Below, in pieces: positions 41,029 through 48,750 of a stretch of DNA of 64,000 bases. The notes beneath the pieces were generated by a model. It was not told where the DNA came from. It ran no database searches and was given only the letters and a program-made list of their open reading frames with translations. How positions within the stretch are numbered: the first letter of the stretch is position 1; each line of letters begins with the position of its first letter. The stretch is from an uncultured Spirochaetota bacterium. GTDB lineage: Bacteria; Spirochaetota; Spirochaetia; SZUA-6; Fen-1364. The position numbers and the translations under genes were made by a program. Location: assembly GCA_963781885.1 (NCBI GenBank), contig CAWAHW010000004.1:448001-512000 (forward strand). The letters are read 5' to 3'.

Positions 41029-42441
41029 ATGAAAAGGCTGCTGCCCGCGATTCTTGCCGCGATTGTTCTTCTGTTCGCCGTGCTTCCCGGGGACGTCCAT
41101 GCTCAGGGGAGAAAGACCGGCGCGATATTCAACGCGACCGCCTACGGACAGGTCCCCTACAAATCGAACCTCGTCCGCGGCCTTTCCTTCCTGCCGGCCC
41201 GCGCCTCCGTGAAGCAGTTCGCGCCCTACAGCGGAGACCAGGGAGATTTCGGCACGTGCACGGCGTGGGCGTCCGCATATTCGGCGACCACGATCATTTA
41301 TGCCAAGCTCAACGGGATCACGGATCGGAGTGCCATCACGCGCAGCGCGTTCTCACCCGGCTTCGCCTTCCGGGCGAGCTTTCCGAGCGACTTTGTCGGC
41401 TGTGACAACGGCCAGGCCCTCCCGTACATCCTGCAGTCGATCCAGAAGAACGGCGTACCACTGTTCTCCGATCTCGACGCTCTCTGTCCCAGCACGATAC
41501 CCGTGGACTCGTTCAGCAAGGCGCGGCCCTTTTCCATCCTCGGCTTCACGCGCATCGGCGCCCCGGAAGACAGCAAGGCGGCAATCGTGGAGAAGGTGAA
41601 AAAGACCATCTCGGAAAACAAACCCGTCGTCGTGGGAATGATGATCGACGATGCGCCCGGCAAGGGCCCCTTCGCAACCCTGACGCGGGATTTCATTTGG
41701 GTGCCGGACCGCAGCGTGAAGCCGACCATGGGTCATGCAATGACCGTCGTGTCCTATGACGACGCCTATGGCGGAGGTTCCTTCGAGCTGCAGAACAGCT
41801 GGAGCAGGAAGTGGGGGAACGACGGCTTTTTCTGGATGAGGTACACGGACTTCCGCGACTATATGTCGGAGGCCTATGAGCTCCTGGAAAATCCCGCGAT
41901 GGTGCACCCGGAAGGCGCGCAGCTTTCCGGGGCCCTGACGATACAGGAAAGCGACGCGCACAGCCCCGCGGTCCTCTGGAATGGGTCCGCGTACGCGGTG
42001 CAGGAGGACTTCCCCAGCGGCACGCGCTTCCGCCTCTACCTCGACAACAACGAGCCTGCCTTTGTCTACATGGTGGGCGTGGATACCGCGTGGAGCACGT
42101 ACCGCCTGTTCCCGAGCGACGACACGATGAGCCCGGCGCTCACCTACAAAAGCAATCGTGTCGCCCTGCCCGGCGAGGACCTTTTCATCCAGACCGATCA
42201 GAATCCCGGCGAGGAGAGGATCGTCGTCCTCTATTCCCTGCGGGAGATCGACCTGGGCAAGGTGGAAAGCGCGCTCCAGAAAGGAGCGGGCGATCTCGCG
42301 GCGCGTCTGAAATCGGCCCTGGGCGATGCCCTCGTGCCATTCGATCATGTCGACTACCAGAAGGATCGCATGGCGTTCCAGGCCCGCGGCAGGACGAATG
42401 GTGTCGTCGCGCTGCTGGTCTCCATCAACCACACGCCGTAG
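41029..42441 (+). CDS. Secreted papain-like (C1) cysteine peptidase with C-terminal DUF4384-like domain
   Basis: Signal peptide; QGDFGTCTAWA, GHAMTVVSY, QNSW..KWG.DG; C-terminal G.RFRL......FVY.......RLFP. Confidence 0.8.
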   Translation: MKRLLPAILAAIVLLFAVLPGDVHAQGRKTGAIFNATAYGQVPYKSNLVRGLSFLPARASVKQFAPYSGDQGDFGTCTAWASAYSATTIIYAKLNGITDRSAITRSAFSPGFAFRASFPSDFVGCDNGQALPYILQSIQKNGVPLFSDLDALCPSTIPVDSFSKARPFSILGFTRIGAPEDSKAAIVEKVKKTISENKPVVVGMMIDDAPGKGPFATLTRDFIWVPDRSVKPTMGHAMTVVSYDDAYGGGSFELQNSWSRKWGNDGFFWMRYTDFRDYMSEAYELLENPAMVHPEGAQLSGALTIQESDAHSPAVLWNGSAYAVQEDFPSGTRFRLYLDNNEPAFVYMVGVDTAWSTYRLFPSDDTMSPALTYKSNRVALPGEDLFIQTDQNPGEERIVVLYSLREIDLGKVESALQKGAGDLAARLKSALGDALVPFDHVDYQKDRMAFQARGRTNGVVALLVSINHTP

Positions 42442-42508
42442 GCGGCGGCGGGGCTACGCTTCCTTGACCACGCCCCTGCGCTGCCGTAGACTCGGCTGAG
42501 GAGGCGCT

Positions 42509-43582
42509 ATGACAGATGTCACGCCGCGGAAGGTAATCCGCAAGATCACGCCGGCGATCGTCTGGATCGCCATCTGCGTGGTTCTCGGCCTCATCCTCTT
42601 GTTCTCGAGCTTCTTTGTCGTGGACCAGAAGGAAGAGGCCGTGGTCCTGAACCTGGGCAAGTTCTCACGCCAGGTCGGGCCCGGGCTGCATTTCAAGATT
42701 CCATTCGGAGTGGAGAAGAACTACAACGTGCCGACGCAGCGGATCCTGAAGGAGGAGTTCGGATTCCGCACGATCAACCCCGGCGTTGTATCGGAATATT
42801 CGAATGCGGACTATTCATCGGAGTCGATCATGCTCACGGGGGACCTCAACATCGTCGACGTCGAATGGATCATCCAGTACCAGATCACCGACGCCCGCGC
42901 GTGGCTTTTCGGCGTGGACAACCAGGAGAAGACCATCCGCGATATCTCCCAGTCGGTGATCAACATGCTCGTCGGCGACCGCACGATCTTCGACGTCATC
43001 GGCGCAGAGCGGGCCGCCATCGAGGTGCAGGGACAGGACCTGATGAACGAGCTGTACAAGTCCTACGGCCTGGGCGTGCGCGTCACGACGGTGAAGCTGC
43101 AGAACATCGTGCCTCCCAAGGGCTCGGTGCAGGACGCCTTCGAGGACGTGAACAAGGCCATCCAGGACAGGAGCAGGCTCATCAACGAGGGCAAGGAAGC
43201 CTACAACCAGGCGATCCCCAAGGCGAGCGGCCAGGCCGAACAGACCATCCAGGAAGCCGAAGGTTATGCCACGGAGCGCGTGAACCAGGCAAAGGGCGAC
43301 GTCGCCCGATTCCTCGCCGTGCTCGGTGAATACCGACAGGCGCCCGACGTCGTGCGCACGCGGCTGTACTACGAAATGTACGACACGGTCTTCGGCAACG
43401 CGGAAGGGACGGACCTCATCGACAAGAACCTGAAGAACTTCCTGCCGCTGAAGAGCGTGGGAGCCGGTGGCACGCCGGCAGCGACGCCGACGGCGCCGGC
43501 AGAGGCACCGGCGCCAACGCCGTCCGCGCCGGCAGCGGCCGCGCCGGCGGCCAGCGACCAGTCGCAGGGGGCCACGCAATGA
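42509..43582 (+). CDS. hflK: FtsH modulator HflK
   Basis: PGLHFKIPFG, MLTGDLNIVDVEW.IQY, VQDAF, RLYYE; Pro/Ala-rich tail. Confidence 0.92.
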   Translation: MTDVTPRKVIRKITPAIVWIAICVVLGLILLFSSFFVVDQKEEAVVLNLGKFSRQVGPGLHFKIPFGVEKNYNVPTQRILKEEFGFRTINPGVVSEYSNADYSSESIMLTGDLNIVDVEWIIQYQITDARAWLFGVDNQEKTIRDISQSVINMLVGDRTIFDVIGAERAAIEVQGQDLMNELYKSYGLGVRVTTVKLQNIVPPKGSVQDAFEDVNKAIQDRSRLINEGKEAYNQAIPKASGQAEQTIQEAEGYATERVNQAKGDVARFLAVLGEYRQAPDVVRTRLYYEMYDTVFGNAEGTDLIDKNLKNFLPLKSVGAGGTPAATPTAPAEAPAPTPSAPAAAAPAASDQSQGATQ

Positions 43583-44565
43583 AAAGGACAATCATCATCC
43601 TCGTCATCATCGGGGTCGTTCTCCTCGTGGTTTCCCTCCTCGGGCCGTACTACATCCTCACCGAAGGGGAGCAGGCAGTCGTCGTGCAGTTCGGAAAGAT
43701 CGTCCGGGTGGACACCGCGGCAGGCGTGAAATACAAGGTGCCCTTCGTGGAGAACGTCGTGAAGTTCTCCAAGAAGGTGCAGTCCTGGGACGGGGACGCC
43801 CAGCGCATCCCCACGTCGGAGAACCAGTTCATCTGGGTGGATACCACGGCGCGCTGGCGCATCTCCGATCCCAAGAAGTTCTACGAGTCGGTCGGGTCCA
43901 TGAGCCAGGCACAGGGCCGCATGGACGACGTGATCGATTCCGAGGTGCGCAAGATCATCTCCAAGAACCCGCTCCGCGAGGCGGTGCGCGACTCCAACGT
44001 CATCAGCACGATCAAGCGGAACACATCGCTTGCAAGCGTCGCGGGGTCCTCCGAAACCGGAGCACTCAGCACCATCTCGGCGCTGTCGGAGAATCAGTTC
44101 GACAATGTCATCGACGGACGACGCGCCCTGTCCATCCAGATGCGCGACGAGGCGCGCACGATCATGCCCCAGTTCGGCATGGAGCTCATCGACGTGGTCA
44201 TCCGGCAGATCAAGTACTCGGATGACCTCACGCAGAGCGTCTACGACCGCATGATCAAGGAGCGCAACCAGATCGCGCAGGCCTTCCGCTCGGACGGCGA
44301 GGGTGAGAAGGCGAACCTGCTCGGCCAGACGGAAAACAAGCTGAAGCAGATCCAGTCGGAAGCGGAGCGGCAGGCAAAGGAGATCAAGGCCAAGGCAGAT
44401 GCGGAAGCACTTGCCATCCGTAACAAGGCCTACAGCCAGGACCCGGAGTTTGCCGACTACTGGATGGCGCTGCAGGAATACCAGACCATCCTGCCGAAGT
44501 TCAACAAGACGCTCACGACGGATTCCGATTTCTACAAGTATCTCTATAACAAGAGAGGAAGATAG
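43579..44565 (+). CDS. hflC: FtsH modulator HflC
   Basis: QAVVVQFGK, VDTTARWRI.DP, VYDRM..ER..IAQ.FRS.GEG. Confidence 0.92.
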   Translation: MKRTIIILVIIGVVLLVVSLLGPYYILTEGEQAVVVQFGKIVRVDTAAGVKYKVPFVENVVKFSKKVQSWDGDAQRIPTSENQFIWVDTTARWRISDPKKFYESVGSMSQAQGRMDDVIDSEVRKIISKNPLREAVRDSNVISTIKRNTSLASVAGSSETGALSTISALSENQFDNVIDGRRALSIQMRDEARTIMPQFGMELIDVVIRQIKYSDDLTQSVYDRMIKERNQIAQAFRSDGEGEKANLLGQTENKLKQIQSEAERQAKEIKAKADAEALAIRNKAYSQDPEFADYWMALQEYQTILPKFNKTLTTDSDFYKYLYNKRGR

Positions 44566-44573
44566 CGTTTCAA

Positions 44574-44596
44574 AGGGCCGCGCTCCGCGCGGCCCT
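44574..44596. terminator. Probable bidirectional terminator between convergent genes
   Basis: AGGGCCGCG-CTCCG-CGCGGCCCT flanked by A/T runs. Confidence 0.6.
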
Positions 44597-45006
44597 CATT
44601 TTCTTGGCAGGCTTGCCGCCGCGCGGGCCAGCTCGACATCCTCCTCGCTGCTCAAACCGCTCACCCCGATACCCCCAATCACTTTCCCCTCGTGCAGGAT
44701 CGGCAGCCCTCCGCCCCATCCCGTGTAGCGCAGGCTTCCGTAATTCGTCATCGGAAAACCCGTCTCCTTCATGCGCTCACCGATGTCCGCCGATTCCTTT
44801 CGCTCCCGGGCAGCCGTAAAGGCCTTGTTCTGTGCGATATACACCGACGGCAACTGGCAGCCGTCCATGCGGAGAAATGCAATCAGCTCGCCGTGCGCAT
44901 CCGCCACCGCGACGCAGATCGCCTTGCCCGCCGCTTCAGCGCTCTTCCGCACGACGTCGATCATGGCCTGCGCGTCGCTGTGGGACAGGTTGGAGGTCTG
45001 GTACAT
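44596..45006 (-). CDS. GlcG/HbpS heme-binding family protein
   Basis: VAVAD.HG.L..F.RMDG, A.NKAFTA, GGGLPI...G.VIGGIGVSG. Confidence 0.88.
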   Translation of the reverse strand: MYQTSNLSHSDAQAMIDVVRKSAEAAGKAICVAVADAHGELIAFLRMDGCQLPSVYIAQNKAFTAARERKESADIGERMKETGFPMTNYGSLRYTGWGGGLPILHEGKVIGGIGVSGLSSEEDVELARAAASLPRK

Positions 45007-45072
45007 GGTATGCTCCTTTGTTCGGAGAGTAGCGCAGCCGTCGCGCGTGTTCCAGCCGCGACGCAGCCGCCA

Positions 45073-46746
45073 TCACGGCGCGATGAGGCGGGACGGCGCC
45101 GATCTGCGCCGGGCCTTTTCCTCCACCGCCGCGAGGCCGTCGCAATAGCGCGCCGCGAACGCTGCCGGGACGCGGCAGGCCCGCAGGAGAGCGAGCGACG
45201 CGCGGAAGGCCGTTTCGTTCTTCCTGTGCGCGAGCCTGTTCAGGAGCCGCATCGCCTCACGCAGCAGGCGTGCCTGCTCGCCCTCATTCGTGACGGCGCG
45301 CGCAATCCGTGCCACCACCTCGATCTCTTCCTGCGCGTCGCGCACCGCGCACGCGCCGAGCGCGGTCACGAGCTCCCGCGCCGCGGGCCCGGTCGGAAGA
45401 CGCGCCTGCAGGGCCTCGGGCGCGAAACGCCAGAAATGGCGCATCGGGAGGGCGAGCCTGCCGTCACGCGCCGAGGCGACGATGGAATCCCCTTCTGTCT
45501 CGAAGGCCGCGCGCACGCGTTCGGGATCGAAGGAACAGGCCAGGAGCTGCGCGAAGCGCAGGTTTTCAAGGGAGTGCGCCGCGCCGCTTGTCTGCCGCTT
45601 GCCGCGCCGGTCCACCACCAGCGCGAGCTCGAGGTTGCGCGTCGCCCTCGAGAGGCTCTGCTTGCCGCCGGGATACTTTACATAGCCTGTGGAATGGAGG
45701 GTGAGGCTTCCCGAAGAGGCCAACAGGTCGCAGAGCTCCTCCAGGCCTATCACCCCTTCGTTGCTGTAGCTCACGACGACCCACCGGCAGTCGGCGGCGT
45801 CCAGGGTCTCCTTCAGCGCCGGGAGCGCCGAGGTGCGATAGCAGAATGCCGAGCGCGTCCTGGTCCAGTCCGGCCGTATCCCCGCCTTCTGCCGGAGACG
45901 GCCGTCCGGTCCGCGCTCGGCGCTCACCGGCGGCTTGTCCCACAAGGCGATGGTGTTGAGCATGAAATAGTTGCTGCCGTACTGGTGGCCGGCGTAGGGC
46001 GGATCGAGGTAGCAGACGTCGGCGGACCTGCCGCGGAGATAGGCAGCCGCGTCCATGCAATCCATGGTGGAATCATGCGGCGCATCGACGAGCACCGGCA
46101 TCCTCAGTCGTATCGGGGCGAGGATGCGGCTCAGGGCATCCTGCCCGTGGCCGCCGAAGCCCCTGTGGCAGGCCTTGAAGACGCCGGAGGTATTGGTATG
46201 CGTCGCCGCCTCGTAGAGAAGCGAGGCAAGAAGGATGCATTTTTCCGCGCGCGCCTCCGGGGTGGCGGGCCCTGACGGGTACAGCGCCTCGATGCGCTCC
46301 CGCAGCAGGTCGATGGCAAGCGCGTTTTCCCGGGTGTAGAAGAGGCGCTCGGTGCGCCAGTCCGCCGCAGCCGTGACCCGGGGCGCATAGTGCCTGCTGA
46401 TGTACTCTTCACGTGGCTCCGCGGAGAGGGAGTTGAGCTCATCCAGAAGCGCGGGAAGACCCCCCTTGTCGGCAAAGAGTCTCGACAGATCGCCCGGTGC
46501 GACGCCGAGATGGCAGGAGTTGATGACGAATGAATAGGGCTCCCAGTCGTTCGCATGCACCTCGAAGCCCATCATCCGCGCCAGACGCGACACGGCGCCC
46601 GACCCGGCGAATGGATCGAGGAATGCGCGACGGGAGGGGTCATCGACAAGACCGGAGAGCACGCCGTGGAGAAAAGGGAGGAGGGCCCGCTTGTTGCCGA
46701 TATAGGCGATGAGCTGCCCGGTCAGGTAGGGATGAGCGAGGTCCAT
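45073..46746 (-). CDS. Orphan alpha-class N6-adenine DNA methyltransferase (D12/FokI-like) with C-terminal extension
   Basis: YIGNK, FLDPFAGSG (motif I), YLDPPY (motif IV), SYSNEG. Confidence 0.85.
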   Translation of the reverse strand: MDLAHPYLTGQLIAYIGNKRALLPFLHGVLSGLVDDPSRRAFLDPFAGSGAVSRLARMMGFEVHANDWEPYSFVINSCHLGVAPGDLSRLFADKGGLPALLDELNSLSAEPREEYISRHYAPRVTAAADWRTERLFYTRENALAIDLLRERIEALYPSGPATPEARAEKCILLASLLYEAATHTNTSGVFKACHRGFGGHGQDALSRILAPIRLRMPVLVDAPHDSTMDCMDAAAYLRGRSADVCYLDPPYAGHQYGSNYFMLNTIALWDKPPVSAERGPDGRLRQKAGIRPDWTRTRSAFCYRTSALPALKETLDAADCRWVVVSYSNEGVIGLEELCDLLASSGSLTLHSTGYVKYPGGKQSLSRATRNLELALVVDRRGKRQTSGAAHSLENLRFAQLLACSFDPERVRAAFETEGDSIVASARDGRLALPMRHFWRFAPEALQARLPTGPAARELVTALGACAVRDAQEEIEVVARIARAVTNEGEQARLLREAMRLLNRLAHRKNETAFRASLALLRACRVPAAFAARYCDGLAAVEEKARRRSAPSRLIAP

Positions 46747-46752
46747 CGGGAC

Positions 46753-47118
46753 CTAGTCCGGAGAATAGGTCGCCCTGTTCCTGTCGGTCTCGAAGACCTC
46801 GACAAGCGTGAGCTGCGCCTTCGGCATCTCCGCGTGCATTCTCTCGTAAACGAAAAGGGCAATGCGCTCCGCGCTGGGGCAGCCGTCGCTGAAGGCGGGA
46901 TGATCGTTGAGGCTGGAGTGATCGAGCTCCAGGGTGACCTTGCGCAAGGCCCCCTTGAGGATGCCGAAGTCCAGAAGCATGCCGCCGTCATCGAGCGCCC
47001 GGCCCGATGCCGTGACAAAAACCTTGTAGTTGTGGCCGTGAAGCCGTTCGCACTTTCCGTGGTAGCGCGTGAGAAAGTGGGCGGCGGAAAAACCGTCTTC
47101 GATGCGCACCGTGTACAT
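46753..47118 (-). CDS. queD: 6-carboxy-5,6,7,8-tetrahydropterin synthase
   Basis: FSAAH, CERLHGHNY, DF..LK, LDH..LN, PSAE.IA, V.ET. Confidence 0.92.
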   Translation of the reverse strand: MYTVRIEDGFSAAHFLTRYHGKCERLHGHNYKVFVTASGRALDDGGMLLDFGILKGALRKVTLELDHSSLNDHPAFSDGCPSAERIALFVYERMHAEMPKAQLTLVEVFETDRNRATYSPD

Positions 47119-47191
47119 GTCCTGGGCTCCCAGAAAAGAGCATATGTATTTCACCGCCTGAAAGCAAATCCGCGGCGAGGTTTCGCGCCGC

Positions 47192-47220
47192 TTGATCGAC
47201 AGGCACGCGGCGGTTAGCAT
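47192..47220 (+). promoter_or_regulatory. Leaderless-type promoter of murE
   Basis: TTGATC-N17-TAGCAT-N6-ATG. Confidence 0.6.
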
Positions 47221-47226
47221 TCCTCG

Positions 47227-48750
47227 ATGCCCGATATGCACGTGAGCGACCTGGTTGAATGGCTTCCCGTCCTGGAGGTCCGCGGTGACACGCGCACCGT
47301 CGTGAAGGGGATCGCCTACGACTCGCGCGACGTCAAGCCCGGTTACCTGTTCGTCGCCATGGACGGCGTTCACACCGACGGTCACGCGTACGTGGATGAC
47401 GCCCGTAGACGCGGCGCCGTGGCGATCCTGCACGCGCGCTCCCTTCCGGCCGACGGCGGCGCAACGGCCTGCATCCGCGTGGAGAACCCGCGCACGGCTC
47501 TTTCCCCGCTTGCCGCGGCGTTCTACGGCTGGCCGTCACGGTCCATCCGCACGATCGGGGTGACGGGGACCGACGGGAAAAGCTCGACCGTCTGGTTCAT
47601 CACCCAGCTCCTCGGTTCACTCGGCCGCAAGGCGGGGTTCCTCTCCACCGTGTCATTCCAGACGGCCGAGGAGATCGTGAAGAACCCGTTCCGGCAGTCG
47701 ACGCCGGAGGCGAGCGAGATCCAGGGCATGCTGCGGGAGATGGTGAGGCAGGGAAAGGAATATGCGATCGTCGAGGCCACGTCGCACGGCCTCTCCCGCC
47801 GGATGAACAGGCTCGGCGACGTCCAGTTCGACGCCGCGGTGATGACGAATGTCACCCATGAGCACCTGGAGTTCCACGGCTCCTTCGAGCAGTACAGGTC
47901 GGACAAGGCCAATCTCTTCCGTTCCCTTTCTCCCGATGCGCCGAAGGAGGTGAGCTGCCCGCGCTTCGCCGTCGTGAACGCCGACGATCCAAGCGCGGGA
48001 TACTTCACGGCGGCATCACGCGTGCCGGTCTACTCCTACGCGCGATCGGCAAAAGCGGACCTCACGGCCCGCGATCTGCGCATGGATATCACGGGAACGA
48101 GCTTCGTGATGGCGGACGCCGGCGGCAGCATGGAGACACGCATCGCGATCCCGGGCATTTTCTGGGTGGAGAATGCTCTTGCCGCCTGCCTCGCGGTGGC
48201 CCACGCCGTCGAGGTTCCACCGCTGAGCCTTGCCGCGCATCTGCCGCGCCTGCGCGGGGTCCTGGGCCGGATGGATTACGTGGACCGGGGCCAGCCCTTT
48301 GCGGTGATCGTCGACTATGCCCACACCCCGGGGGCGTTTCTGAAGCTCTTTCCCTGGGTGCGCGCCCACACGCGCGGCCGGATCATCGTCGTGTTCGGGT
48401 CCGCCGGCGAGCGCGACAGCGCGAAGCGCCCCCTGCAGGGAAAAGCGGCGGCTGACCACTGTGACATTGTCGTCATCACGGACGAGGACCCCCGCGGCGA
48501 GGACAGGATGCAGATCATCGAGCACGTGGCGGCGGGCTGCGCGGGAAAAAAGCGCGGGGAGGACCTCTTCCTCATCCCCGACAGGCCGGAGGCGATACGA
48601 TTCGCCTTCTCCCTGGCGAAGCCAGGCGATGCCGTGCTCCTCCTCGGCAAGGGTCACGAGAGCAGCATCATCGGGCCGGGGGGATCGATGGAATGGGACG
48701 AGCGCGTCGAGGCGGAGGCTGCCCTCCGTGCGCAGGGTTACGGGGCATGA
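47227..48750 (+). CDS. murE: UDP-MurNAc-tripeptide synthetase MurE
   Basis: GVTGTDGKSST, STPEA, EATSHG, HEHLEFH, DYAHTP, DEDPR, GKGHE. Confidence 0.93.
   Translation: MPDMHVSDLVEWLPVLEVRGDTRTVVKGIAYDSRDVKPGYLFVAMDGVHTDGHAYVDDARRRGAVAILHARSLPADGGATACIRVENPRTALSPLAAAFYGWPSRSIRTIGVTGTDGKSSTVWFITQLLGSLGRKAGFLSTVSFQTAEEIVKNPFRQSTPEASEIQGMLREMVRQGKEYAIVEATSHGLSRRMNRLGDVQFDAAVMTNVTHEHLEFHGSFEQYRSDKANLFRSLSPDAPKEVSCPRFAVVNADDPSAGYFTAASRVPVYSYARSAKADLTARDLRMDITGTSFVMADAGGSMETRIAIPGIFWVENALAACLAVAHAVEVPPLSLAAHLPRLRGVLGRMDYVDRGQPFAVIVDYAHTPGAFLKLFPWVRAHTRGRIIVVFGSAGERDSAKRPLQGKAAADHCDIVVITDEDPRGEDRMQIIEHVAAGCAGKKRGEDLFLIPDRPEAIRFAFSLAKPGDAVLLLGKGHESSIIGPGGSMEWDERVEAEAALRAQGYGA

Noticed and set aside
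43460-43570. Repetitive sequence at the hflK 3' end
   Set aside because: Low-complexity Pro/Ala/Thr tail, not a DNA element
45073-46746. Complete restriction-modification system or defence island
   Set aside because: No endonuclease, specificity subunit or mobility gene adjacent; neighbours are housekeeping
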